Assembly (NCBI GenBank): GCA_973895155.1
Contig: OZ316898.1
Span: forward strand, 4,947,079 to 5,011,078
Reading direction: 5' to 3'
From: Marsupella aquatica
Taxonomy: Eukaryota > Plantae > Marchantiophyta
DNA length: 64,000 nt
The notes beneath the pieces were generated by a model. That model was not told the DNA's origin and did no database searches. It saw only the letters and a list, made by a program, of their open reading frames with translations. The translations under genes and the position numbers were made by a program. Of this stretch, positions 25,447-38,295 are shown one piece after another (the first letter of the stretch is position 1; the number at the start of each line of letters is the position of its first letter).

Positions 25447-25842
25447 CCATCTTCCTGAACAGAGTGCCCAAATGTTGTGTTCAAAAATGGATTGTTTTGG
25501 GTCATGTGTCAAAAAACACATTTGAACTCAAACACAACGTCATTGTGTTCGAATTTGGCATTGTGTTTGGCTTGGACGCAGTGTTTGAGTTTTGACCCTA
25601 AACTGTTTTACATTGAGCACAAACGGGAAAAATTCATGAATCTTGTGACAATGTGAACACTCAAACACAAAGCCAATATTTGAACACAATGCCCATTTTC
25701 AAACACAATGCCCTTCAAATACAAAAATGAAAATATGTAGTCAAAACTCAAATACAACACCCTGGGCGCACTATTCGTATAGAGCGCCCCATGGCCCACT
25801 ATTTGAATGCAAGACCATGGCACTATGTTTGGGGTAAGACAG
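25447..25842. mobile_element. MITE, Tc1/mariner-pogo-like, copy 1
   Basis: TA|ccatcttcc...ggggtaagacag|TA. Degenerate TIRs, and internally collinear with 46096-46509 (e.g. taaactgttttacattgagcacaaa vs taaactgttctacgttgagcacaaa). Confidence 0.7.
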
Positions 25843-28800
25843 TAGTCCTACTAAAATCTCAGTGAAGGAAGCATACAATGTAAGTGTCCGTTGACATGTG
25901 GTATAGTTTGGCTAACAATAGTTTGCTTGTTCTGCTGTCCAACTAAAAGTTTATAAGAGAGACAACTGAAGATCCCCAAGGCAAGAGACCCAATGAAGTA
26001 AAAAAACCCAGGAAGACTGAAGAGCCCATTTCAATTATCTCCTCCTATGTGTACTTTGACTGATGAGGAGGCTGAGCTCTTGAAACATTTACCTGAGAGT
26101 TGGTGATTGCAGGTTGGTTTTCCAGGGATTCACCCATCATTTGGTTTTGAAACTCAATTTCATAGGCTTCCTGGAGGATCTTTACCCTGGGACAAAGAGT
26201 TTAAATGGTCATAAAACAATTCAAGTGACTTGATCAAAAGTTAGTCTAATAGCTTGTTAGCATATGGTTTCAATAAGAAGGGGAAGGAAGATATGCTTCA
26301 ATCTGGTATTTGTTCAGGCAAAGGGAGTGTTTCTGCTTCTTTCAATGTTGGTTGCATTTGTGATGTCACAACCCTGTGCTATTCACATATCAATCCAGTG
26401 AAGTGGGGGGCGGGAGTTTACTCATTGATCTTTTGTTCAAGGCTTTGCAATGCTCTTTGCTGATCCTTGAGGAGGGTGCCTAGCTTTTGCTCCTGGCCTG
26501 AGGTCCATGATAAGGTCAACTACTGAGAAAATTTCTCCGTAGCTAATTATCAAGGTTGTATCTACCATGTTGCATGCATTGTGGTTTTCATGGTTGGAGA
26601 GAACCAAGCTAGCTTTGGGATTCTCCTATGGAACAGAGCAAGTCAAATTGTTGTGTCTGTTGAGAACTGCCACTTGAATTGAAATCTAAACTATGGCCTC
26701 TCCATTGAGAAGAAACAAAGTTACTTAGCTTACAAATGTTTCATCGTTGTGCTGTCACTACAACTTTTGGTTGGTTCAGAATACATGGGAATGTCAAGGA
26801 ATGAGGATGTAGAATGGACTGTCAGTGGGACATACTCAGAAGGAGTGGTAACTGTTGCTGAAGTGTGACAACTCCCTGTTCCAAATTTCTCTTCTCTGAA
26901 CAAGTCAAAATCTTCTTCCAGGCTGTAATTATATGATTAGAGGTGTGAGAGAAGACAAGGAGAACGCACAACTTCAAACAGTGCTAGCATTCTTGTGACA
27001 GGATCTCATACATTAAACCAACTTTTGCCAAAGTTCCATCAAGACATAGAGCTTACCGAGAAATCTCTTGACATCCTGGCACATTGGTCATGGCATCATT
27101 TAGACCATCGATCCTTCTTAACAAGTGTTCATTCTGCACATTTTCTGCATCAATTTCACTTTGCAATTCTGTTGCACATACGAGTCAATATGTGGCAAAT
27201 GACAGAGCTGACTTCTTGAAACTCCAATAAAAGTTGGTCATGAGATAGGAATCATAATGATTTAAATTATGTTTGAATACTTGCTAAGTTTTATTTCATT
27301 GTACTACAAGCATGCAATCGTCAACATATCCTTGTGCAATTATCTTGGATTTCTCTTACCCTCATTTGAAGGATCAATGAAGAGGCTTTGTGGCGTGATC
27401 AAACCTGCATTGATATGCTGCAATTGTCTGAATCGTTCCATCTTATTCTGAGAGAGTGCCTCATTAGCGATCAAATAGAACTGATGTTCCTCTTGGGAGA
27501 TTCAGCTTCAACAAGATGGCTAGATTTTTGTAAAGTTAAAGCATAGTCATACACTGCTCCTTGCTCCATTTCCAGATCTTGCTGGAAGGATATGCAAGAG
27601 GCAATGAAACCTCCCTTCATGCATATTAGGTTTAGTTTGTCATTCAAATAAATAAATCTCCTTGCAGCCTCATTCAAATAGATCCAATGTCCCTCCAATT
27701 CCAATCTTCCTTGTTAGGGGTAAGATCAGTGCAGATTGTTTATTGCTCAAGGTGTAGCATCTCAATAATAAGAGCTGTAAAATGATTTGCATAATTTATA
27801 CAAATCTATGTTCCTCACCACAAGGCTTCATACATGGGAGACTGGATGCGGGGAACCCTTCTTGTGCATACACATGGGTATTTGCGAATAGTAAATACAA
27901 GAGAAAATGTTTGTTGGTTGATACATCTATCAGTCTCATCCTGTGCATACGCTCCTTTATTTGGGCTAGTAAAAGTGTCTATCTATGCATTGGTCAGTCT
28001 ACTTGGGGCAGAAGTCAAGGGCGACAGGGAAGAGAGCCTGGTTCAAGGGCTTTGCTCGCAGGATTGCAGCACATTAATTCATTATTTCAGCCTTGCTGAA
28101 TGTGGGAAAATGATTGGCTTTGAGTGAGAGTAGATGTTTGCATCATCATTATATCAAGCAAGGTTCACTGATGTTCATTGCAACATATGTTTATTTCATT
28201 CAACTCAGCTTGATTCCTTTGAAATCAGTTTGAGTTCTTCAAAGATCTCAAGTCAATTCAAGTCAATGAAGTTTCAAAGTTTTGTTGTCTTAATCATATG
28301 GGTAACCTACTCCAGTGTAATTGCTCGTCGTGTTGCAAGAGGATTCACTCTTTCAAGCTTAATTGTTGGAGAAAAGATCAAACTCTTGTTTTGCCTACAA
28401 AGAACCAATTGAAATCCATTCAAAACAAGCATACAACAAGGGTGGTCCACAAAAGGGGGTCGGCACATGGGGTGGACCAAGGGATAGTGGAGTCCAAAGA
28501 AGTGGGAGAGGCGGAACCAGGAGAGAAGCAAGACCAAAGACAAGGAAGCTAAACCGGGATTATTTTAACTACTGCAACAAGAGTGACACACTCTGTAACT
28601 GAGACCAACCAGTGAGCAAGAACCAGTGGGATTCCTAATAATGGGTCCGTGACTAAATTTTCATTCCATCAATCATATCAGACTCTTGAGTGAAACTACT
28701 GACAGGTTTACATTGACAAGATCAAGCAAGGTTTAGTGATGTTCAATACAATGTACTCGCATTTCATTGAATTTAGTTTGATTTCAGTTGATTGCTTTGA

Positions 28801-31800
28801 ATTCAGTTCACTCCTACCATAGCAACAACATAGAAATTCAATTTAATACGCTTGACCCAATTCAATTATATTTTAATAGCCTTTACTATCCTAATTTTGT
28901 CTAGGCTTGTGGAGTACTGGCGACTGACAAGAGCTTGGAAGAAGAAGCCCTCAATGTAATATATTTGCAGCAATAGACCTATGATCTGCAATGGTCATGA
29001 CTGTACATTTCCATGCAATTTTTGCAAATGAATGGTTTTCAAAAAAGAATCTAATAAGGGCATTGCCATAGATTACGCTACTGGCAATCTGGTGTTGGGG
29101 TCAATGGTGAGGCAGCTGGTATTTAGGACCTTGGCAGATCACACCCTGACTTGATCTACACCAGGCACAAGAAGTGATCGAACATTATAAGATACCTGTA
29201 AGAGGACGCATTGACAAGTACAAGCAACGATTGCAGATTGGACAGTTGGGGTCATCCATACATGGTTTTGCAAGATTATCAAGGGCGGCTACTCAATGTG
29301 CCTTATGGCAAGCCTGGAGCCGGGTTTTTTAATTTTTGCACGGTCTAGTGGAATTTGAAAAAGAGCTCTACTGGGGGCCTCTTGCTAAAGTTGTTGCTGG
29401 CCGGGTGTTCCCTGTGATGGGTGGGGATCCGCAAAAATTGACATAAAATGAAGAAATAGACGTGAAAGAAATATATTTTTTGTGTCCCTAAGCAATAATT
29501 TTCTGATCCGTGCATCAAGTTCTGTCTCATAAAGTTCATAATTTGATTTACCTTTGAGAGTTTGAAAAAATTGAGACATTAAAATGCACAAAGTATCATC
29601 TTGGTTTACTTAAGTAGTCCATCTCCTAGTTTACCTGCATGTCTTGCTTTCATGATAAGTGCACCAAGCGATCCAGCCAATTTGTAGAAATCAATCAATG
29701 TGTCACACATGAAAACATAACCTTTTTGCAAATATGGATTCATTTGTGAGATTATAGCTCCCATATGAGGACCCTCTTTCACCCGCCTGGTTGAGCCTAA
29801 CATTTCTATGGTAAGTAAGAAATCTCATAAGTCATATGTACACAATGTCATTAGTCTCTTTATGATTGTGTTGATTGTCAACAATTAGGAATCCGAGAAG
29901 ATGGTTTAATGATTGCTATCCCTTTCTGCCAAGAGACAAAAAAAGACATAGTCTAGTATAACAAATAGTCACTGGTAGGGTAATTTGGAGAAGGGTACAA
30001 ACATGGTCGAGGAGGGAGAGGGGGTATTAGAGCATTGTGGAGGGAGGGTTTTAGGAATTGACCTGTGTTCTTAACTGTAGTTAGTCTGGCTTTGCCAGGG
30101 TTAGTTAATCCTAGATTAGTTTAAGATGAAATCCATTTATTTACTAGGTCTACACATGTTAGTCCTCCTTGGGGGTTATAGGTTGGAGGAATAACATTCT
30201 CTTCTCATTCTTCACAAATACTCTCTCATGCGATGGATCTTTGAGTGCTCTTTTCATCATTGTGTCTTGTCGGTTTGGTGTGAGATTAAGTGCACTCTCA
30301 TGTTCTACATTGTTGTCACCTAGTCTGAGCCGTCCGGTCTCTTATAGGGAGTAGCTAGTAAAAAGCAGGAGGGTGCATGACTTTGTTCAATTGCGTTGAC
30401 AAACTCCTTGATCACTCACTTGGTTAGTGTCAATTCATATTTTAATCTCTAATTGTGATGACTAACAGAGGAAGAAAAACATGAAAGAGAGGACCAACTT
30501 AGGGTCAACAAAGGACAAATGAAACATAGAAGACAGTAACCAACATGTAGAAAGTGTTTGACCTCAAAAACAAGAAAAAGAGAAAGTGTTTGACCTCCTC
30601 TGGGCTGTCTCCATGTAATTGTGTAATGGGGTTGCCCTCTGTCAAACCCAAGCAAAGCCCGTCATGCCCTACCCAAATTTAGGGGGTAGCTCTTGATTAT
30701 AAGTAAAGCATGATCACTTCAACATGCACTTCAATCTGGGTCTCACATAGTGAAAGTTGATGAAAATGTATGTCAAATAGTAAACATGAGACGGACATTA
30801 AGTATAACATAAGATAACCAAATAATGGATGATCAAAACCCAAATTGACTGACTACCCAAGAGATGACTAACTGTACATGAAACCAAATAGGTGATGCAC
30901 CAATACTCTATGCTTCTCTGCTTGACCTCACCCAACACATTTTGCGCACAATCGACGGCCATAAATCCCTGTCTAGTCTATTGAGTCACCATTCCCACCG
31001 TTGATGGACGACTCTGAAAACTACTGAGTACTGACACAGGGAAGGTGGGTTGACCTGCGTTCCGTGCTGCCTGCTTGCCCTTTCAGTGCAAACCTGCTGC
31101 CTAACTGCGGTTAGAAGATCTACTCTCTGTACAGTCTGTCAAAGCTCCCCCGAAAGTACGATCTGCTGACCTGAGACCAGCCCCGGTCTCAATCCACGGC
31201 CTACAGCCCCGCCCACAAGTCCAGGTCCTCACTTTTGACCGTCGATCATGCCACCCCGAAGAGACGAGGTGACCGTAGTAGTTCCGCCGGCGTCGCGCCC
31301 GCCCCGCCCTGCCGACGCAAACGCTTCGTAACCACAGTTAGAGTGTCCAAGATCGACGGCCTAGATCTACGAATCTGGCGTGACGAGGCTCCCGAGTGTA
31401 ACCCGAGTTGACTTGTGGTCTGGTCTGGACTTGACCGGAGGAGCGGCGGAAAACGTGCTTTCGTGTTTTTAAGCATTTCCTTTCACTGATTGCGTTTTTG
31501 TTCGTGCTTTCGAACGAGGGTTGAGCTTTCGGTCGAGCAATCATTCATTCGCACGAGGAGAGGACGAGGAGGAGGTGGAGGAACAGTCGATCTAGGCCGA
31601 GGAATAGGGGAAGCGCAGAGTTCCTATCTCGAGGGGTGAGGGAGAGCCATTGTTGGTTTCATTACCCACATTTCTATTCGATTCGAATCGTAGCAGGGAA
31701 GAAGAGAAGGAAGGGAGGCCTCGACCTGTTCAACGCCGTGCTGGCCGGCGGGATCTGTGCTTTCTGTGTTCCTCATGACTCGTTGTTCGGTTCTGGGTAG

Positions 31801-32198
31801 TCGCTAGGGCTTGTCCGGCTTTTCTCCGGCTTGGCTTGGCCCGGCTTGGCTTCTCGTAGACCTCAGTTCCGGATCTTCGAGAAGTTGTTGGATCGTATTG
31901 GGGTTTGATTGTTTGTGTGGTTTGGTCCGTCGGACTTGCGGTGCATCTTGACAGCGGGAGCAGATTTGGTGTGCGAGGATTGTGAAATCGATCTGGTTTG
32001 TGTTGGAGGAGACCGACGAAGTCACGGCACGATGTGTCGATCGAGCTGCGGTCATTTGATGGAATAGAGAGGAGCGGAAAGGAAAGGAGAGGAGGTTTTT
32101 GTTGAAGTTGCTAGGAACGGGAGTAGAGAAGAGAGGAAAAGAGTTTGAACGGAAGGAGAGGAGGTGAGGGGAAGAAGGCCCTCTTGTTGTCCTGCAGG

Positions 32199-34202
32199 AT
32201 GAAGCCTGTTTCTGCAGGCGGGGATTGGAGGGGCCATGTCGTCATTGCGCTTGTCTGCATCGCCCTAGGCGCCATTGTGGCGCCGGGAGGAGTTGATGGA
32301 TTTTACCTCCCGGGAAGCTACATGCACGCATATCAACAAGGTGAGGAACTCATGGTGAAGGTCAACTCTCTCACCTCGATCGAGACAGAGTTGCCTTTTG
32401 GATACTACACGCTGCCGTTCTGCCAGCCGGATGGGGGCGAGAGGCATGAGGCGGAGAACATCGGCGAGCTGCTCATGGGCGACAGCATAGAGAACTCGCC
32501 CTACAAGTTCAAAACGAACGTGAACGAGTCCACCGTCGTCCTTTGTGTCGGCCCGGCTCTGGACGAGAATCAGGTGAAGACATTCCAGCAGAGGATCGAC
32601 GACTTCTACCAAATCAATATAATCCTGGACAATTTGCCCGTGACAAGATTCACAAGGGCTAAAGACAGTGAAGTCGTCCTCCGCTGGACCGGGTTCCCCA
32701 TCGGCTTCAAGTCCCCGGATGGCAAGTACCACATCTACAACCATCTCAAGTTCAAGGTGCTGGTCCATGATTACGAGGAAGTCGGTGTGGGGGCCGTCAT
32801 GGGGACAGGCGATGGGACAGATATGGCGGTCCCAGTCGACGAATCTGGCAACAAGAAAGGTGGGTATTTGGTCGTTGGTTTCGAGGTGATTTACTGCAGC
32901 GTTGCCCACAATTTTCAGAAAGATGAGGCGCTTAAATCGAAGGATAAGATCGCTCCCTTGGACTGCCAAGACGGGAGATATCAGGAGATCAGTGTGGGGC
33001 AGAAGATTCTATACACATATGATGTGCAATTTGCGAAAAGCGAAATTCGTTGGCCGAGTCGGTGGGATGCGTTCTTGAAGATGGAGGGAGCAAGAGTGCA
33101 CTGGTTTTCGATCTTGAACTCTCTCATGGTGATCTCATTCCTGGCCGGAATTGTGTTCGTGATCTTTTTGAGGACTGTCCGTAGGGATTTGACCAGGTAT
33201 GAGGAGCTCGACAAGGAGGCTCAAGCCCAGATGGCGGAGGAGCTGTCTGGCTGGAAGCTGGTCGTGGGGGATGTGTTCAGAGCTCCTAATCACACCGCCC
33301 TTCTCTGCATCATGGTTGGGGATGGAGTGCAGATCACTGGCATGGCCGTGGTGACTATCCTCTTCGCTGCATTTGGGTTCATGTCCCCTGCTTCTCGTGG
33401 TATGCTGCTCACAGGCATGGTCCTCCTGTACCTCTTCCTGGGCATAGCAGCTGGGTATGCGGCTTCCAGACTATGGAGGACTCTGAAGCGTGATCCTAAG
33501 GGCTGGAGGGGAGTCTCGTGGGGTGTGGCCTGCTTCTTCCCCGGCATTGCTTTCGCCATTCTGACGGCGCTCAACTCTCTGCTCTGGGCCCAGGGCAGCA
33601 CTGGCGCTATCCCGGTCTCGTTGTTCTTCATTTTGCTGGCACTCTGGTTCTGTATTTCTGTCCCATTGACCCTGCTGGGAGGTTTCCTTGGAGCTAGAGC
33701 GGAGCAAATTTCTTACCCAGTACGCACCAACCAGATTCCAAGAGAAATTCCGCCCCAGAAGTACCCATCTTGGCTTCTGGTGCTGGGTGCCGGAACTCTG
33801 CCGTTCGGGACTCTGTTCATTGAGCTCTTCTTCATCATGTCCAGCATCTGGATGGGCCGAGTGTACTATGTGTTCGGATTCCTTTTCGTGGTCTTGGTAC
33901 TGTTGGTTATCGTCTGTGCAGAGGTGTCCGTGGTGCTCACTTACATGCATTTGTGCGTGGAGGACTGGGCTTGGTGGTGGAAGTCCTTCTTTGCATCCGG
34001 GTCCGTGGCATTCTATGTGTTCCTATATGCCATGAACTATCTGATCTTTGATATGCGTGTGAAAGGGACGGTGTCTGCCGTGCTATACATCGGGTACTCC
34101 ACTCTCATGGCTTTGGCCATCATGCTGGCCACCGGCACGATCGGCTTCCTGGTCTCATTTTACTTCGTGCATTACCTCTTCTCCTCTGTGAAGCTTGATT
34201 AG
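32199..34202 (+). CDS. TMN12: Transmembrane 9 superfamily (EMP70/TMN) protein, TMN11/12 clade, copy A
   Basis: 667-aa intronless CDS from ATG 32199, just after a cctgcag acceptor. Signal peptide, FYLPGSYMHAY, VNSLTSIETELP, IRWPSRWD, VHWFSILNS, GWKLVVGDVFR, PVRTNQIPREIP, nine TM helices and C-terminal KLD (KxD/E Golgi motif). Confidence 0.94.
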   Translation: MKPVSAGGDWRGHVVIALVCIALGAIVAPGGVDGFYLPGSYMHAYQQGEELMVKVNSLTSIETELPFGYYTLPFCQPDGGERHEAENIGELLMGDSIENSPYKFKTNVNESTVVLCVGPALDENQVKTFQQRIDDFYQINIILDNLPVTRFTRAKDSEVVLRWTGFPIGFKSPDGKYHIYNHLKFKVLVHDYEEVGVGAVMGTGDGTDMAVPVDESGNKKGGYLVVGFEVIYCSVAHNFQKDEALKSKDKIAPLDCQDGRYQEISVGQKILYTYDVQFAKSEIRWPSRWDAFLKMEGARVHWFSILNSLMVISFLAGIVFVIFLRTVRRDLTRYEELDKEAQAQMAEELSGWKLVVGDVFRAPNHTALLCIMVGDGVQITGMAVVTILFAAFGFMSPASRGMLLTGMVLLYLFLGIAAGYAASRLWRTLKRDPKGWRGVSWGVACFFPGIAFAILTALNSLLWAQGSTGAIPVSLFFILLALWFCISVPLTLLGGFLGARAEQISYPVRTNQIPREIPPQKYPSWLLVLGAGTLPFGTLFIELFFIMSSIWMGRVYYVFGFLFVVLVLLVIVCAEVSVVLTYMHLCVEDWAWWWKSFFASGSVAFYVFLYAMNYLIFDMRVKGTVSAVLYIGYSTLMALAIMLATGTIGFLVSFYFVHYLFSSVKLD

Positions 34203-36849
34203 GATGGACCGCTTATCGAGAGTTAGACTGTACCCTCTTTTTTTAAAAGGTGGGCCGCAGCAATGTTGACAGGATTCGGATCTTGCATATCTTTAGTTCT
34301 AGTAATTGGATCTAGGGTTCCTTGTGACGCGCAAGAAGGACACGGCGACTTGCGACTGACGTGGAGAGTAAATTTATCGAGGTACCTATGTGCTTTGGAT
34401 CGGAGCTCTTCCGTACTTGAACGGCCAAAGTCTGTTACGGTGATCGAGTGATTTCTCGATGATTAAACATCAGGGCTCCTTTACTGGTGTACCAGTTAGT
34501 GCTAAACGAGTGTGGGGCTATTGGAGGAATCAAGGCTGCAAGGCAGTTTACCGCATGACACCTGATCTAGAAATTGGGAGAAAGTATCGTATAATCTGCA
34601 ACCTGGTTGTAAGTAGTGTAGTTCCTATTTGAGGAAATTCTCGAGGAAGTCCATGGCAGGGAGGAGAGGAGTATGTAGACAGTGTCTCTGGGGCATTAGC
34701 TCTCAAGTATCCGAGGTGGTGTAAGTAATAGCGCCAGGATGATTCATGGATGCTGCCAATTTTTTTTGAAAGTATTCCAATTTCTTTGATAACTGTTTAT
34801 GCATTGGTGTCTACTGTGGAGGCTTTCTCCTCAATTTACTTCCATTTGTACCAATTCTGAATGTCTAAAGCCTACTAGGAGAAGTATTTCGCAGATCGGC
34901 AGTTGTCATTGGACCTTGCTCATCCGTGAGTGCGTTTTGAATTTGCATGGAGGTACCTTTGTTTGCCCGAGTTTTCGCATAGGTCGTTCACTCCTTGATT
35001 TGACCAAGGAGCCTGCCTACTTATTTCCATATAGTGCTTCCAGCCCTGGTTGCGTAGTTTGACAGGCCTTGAAAAGATTACTATTCTCACAGTGAACTGT
35101 TTTTCCTTACCAGAAATTACTTTCCCCCAAGGTCACCCTGATGCTGAGTTCTGGAGAAGTATCTCTTGGAGTTGCATCTGTCATTGGTAGATGAGTACCA
35201 AAGAGAGACCCACTTGTGTTAAACTGACATATGGCAATATCTTGTTTCTCTCGTTACTTCTGCCTAAGTTCGTGGTCTTGTGTGCTTTGTGAAACACTAT
35301 TCACTGTGCCTGACGTTGTTGAATGACAAATAGCAGACGTCTGTCATTGACGTTAATTTGGAATTTATTTCAATCCACAGAGGCTGATGCTTCCGTTGGC
35401 TGTAGCATAAGGAATTGAGGAGAGAGATCATGGCACCAAACTCCTAAAAAGGGAGAACCTTTAACGAACTTTGTACAAAGATTTGGGTTGTTGCAGACTG
35501 GAATCTCATTTCAGATTAATACTTGGTTGTCGAGCTTCTTTTGTGGTCCCTTGTGTGATCTAAAGGTACTGATGCCGTTCGTGCTATAGAGCTTCGTTAT
35601 CGTATCAGCCTTCTGTGGTTTTAATTCTCTTGGGTTGTTTACGTTAATCCCACCTGCCTAACAGAAATGTGTCAAAAGACTCCGGCACGGAATAGGAGGA
35701 TGATCCTGGATTATTAAGGTCTTTATCTCAACTTTACATGACGATCAGTCACTTTGACATATGTGGGCTTCCTGCACCTCCGTTCGGGGCTCAATTTCGA
35801 TGGGTATTTCAGTTAAATGTATTTTCAATTACTCTCACAGACATCAGTGGCTGTTTACGGCTTTCCAAGTATTCCAAAAAAAACCTTTCGTTTCAGTTTT
35901 CACTCTTGCCCGTTCCAGTGTTTCTTTCTCTCTACATTTCTTCTCAGTCGTAAAATACAATCCTCAAGTCATCCCTCCTAACCTGCTACGCCGCAGGTTA
36001 TTTACTTTGAATGCCATCCAACTTCGACAGCTGAATGCAATGATTTCGCGTGAACCAAAGCACACAAGGTTCTGCCGACCCTGATGTCCTTCAGAGCCAA
36101 CATCTTAAATTTTGATATTAGGCAAAGAGTGCAGCCAAAATTTGGACGTCTTATTGTAAGCAGGGAGCATTAGTGGCTTTATAGCCTGGCAGGTGAGGAG
36201 TGCCAATCAATTAAGGAAAGAGAACCCCCCATTGATACAACGATGGTTCGGGAAAACTCCCATATCAAAGAAACTCAGATGGGTACTTAAGCCATTGTCT
36301 AACAAAAAAGGCTCTAAGTATATTGAAAAATTGTAAATACATATTTTTCAGAGGGAAACCGTCTACTTCGGATAATGTTATGGTATAGCACTATAATTTA
36401 ATGTTTGATTTCTGTTTATGAGGATTTCTTGTTCATTACCTCCTTATCAAATCTGTGTCTATCGGGGCTTGCTTCGTCAATCAGACCTTCGTTTTCTGTT
36501 CAACAAATCACAAAAAGCCGTGAGATTCGATAAATCACAGCTCTTTGCGTTATCAGGGAAATTGGACGGTAAATGGAATGAGATAGACTCTCCGCCCCCT
36601 TACGAAATACAAGGAACGAACTCTGGTGGCAAACCTTCTTCCCGCCTGCTCAATATATACTCGATTTGCCAAGATAGACTACGATTCCTGGCCCCTTCGT
36701 AATTCGAGAAAAAGAAAGGTGGCAATCCTCTTTCTTCCTGTTGTGTCTACAATTTCGACCTACACCTGTGCAATACTGATGATTTCTCGCAACCCCTAGC
36801 AACTGGGCAGTCCATGTCTGGCAACATCCTCTCCTACAAGAGAAAGACT

Positions 36850-37045
36850 AAAAATTCTTGGAAAGAATGAGCTCGAAGGCAATGAACTTTCACTCTCAAA
36901 ATTCTTGGAAAAAATCTATTCAAAGGATATGAACGCTTCACTGTCAAAATTCTGGGATAAAAGAGTGGAGTAGCACAGGAAAAGCAACCTTTCGCTCTCA
37001 AAAGTCTTGGAGAAAAGAAACTAAGGCAGTTAGCTTTTCACACTC
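36850..37045. repeat. Degenerate ~50-bp tandem repeat x ~4
   Basis: ctttcactctcaaaattcttggaaa-like unit recurs between the two TMN genes. Confidence 0.6.
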
Positions 37046-38295
37046 AATGAGTGGGTGTAATTATGGGGACCCTTTCCAGATGAATGTTCCCCGCCAGACT
37101 GGCAGAAATAGATTCACTCATTGAAGGGGATTGAACTTACTGGTCTGTGCATGCCATTAGAATCACTGTTACTGCCGAACTGGGCAGTTGTTCTGTGTTC
37201 CCTTTACACACTCAACAGAAAGGTGACAGACAGACAGCAACTTCGACTCGGCCGGATTGGCCGCTACATACAGCAATAAAAATTGTATGGTAGGGTCATC
37301 AATGAATCAGAACAAAAGTTTCAAATCGGTGACGTAAATCAAAATCGAAACTTTGGCCTCAGCAGTCTTGAGAGTGCGTTATGGACGTGTGTAGCAATGA
37401 CAAGCTTCAAAGCGAGACAACGAAGGGATTACAGATGCAAAGAATTCAACAGAGGATCAAGTGAGCTAGGATCTGGCTAGGATGCAGCTAGACAGTAAAG
37501 ATAGCTAGAATTACAGAAGATGTAATGCACATGAGGCAAGTGGATCTGAGCTTTGAGCTCCTGCGGCACGATCCAAATTCCCACAACTGGAAAATTTCTC
37601 AGCGTCAGCGAAGACAATATAATATCTAGGTGAGTTTGTGCAAAACTGGTTAGAAATGAACGAATGAACGCATGCATGCATATTATCAAATAGGTGAAGA
37701 CCTCCAAAAAAACAATTGGCAGCATCCAGTCGCCACTGCTATTAGTTAATCAGTCACGCCTCCTGCTGACCTCATGAGCTACCGTAAGAGGAGCGTACTA
37801 TCACCCTCGTCCCCCGTCACGTATCGGATTATGAATACATCCAGAGTTTCATCTATCAAGACTACTGCCCTGTAATGACTAAGCTCTTTAGAATTAATTT
37901 GTAACTAGTCTAGTGATAAATAAGCCCTTTCAACAAGCATTGAACCCAGATTCAATTGTAGGAAAGCTTCGTTGACAGTACTGGCAAGTTAAGTACGTCT
38001 ATCTAGACACAGAGAGTGTCAATGTGTATACTTGAGAAATATGTCGATCAATAGTGCTAACCTAATCAATGAAGTTGCTGTTAAATTAGTAGATTTCTCG
38101 AGGGAAGAGCCCATCGTCGCTTAGTCTGGCCCTTGCCTTGCCCATCACGAGGAGCAATAACAATAGCTTTGGTGAAGGATTGAAAACCCAACCCCAAAAC
38201 CAAAACCAAAACCAAACCTGGAGTGCGCTGCTTCTGCTCCTCAAATAGTCGTAAAAGTAAATTTCAGGTTCCCCGAAGGAGATCCAGATCCGATC

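Noticed and set aside
25900-30900. CpG-poor region resembling decayed retroelement or other TE sequence
   Set aside because: No domain motifs, termini or TSD could be identified, so it was not annotated.
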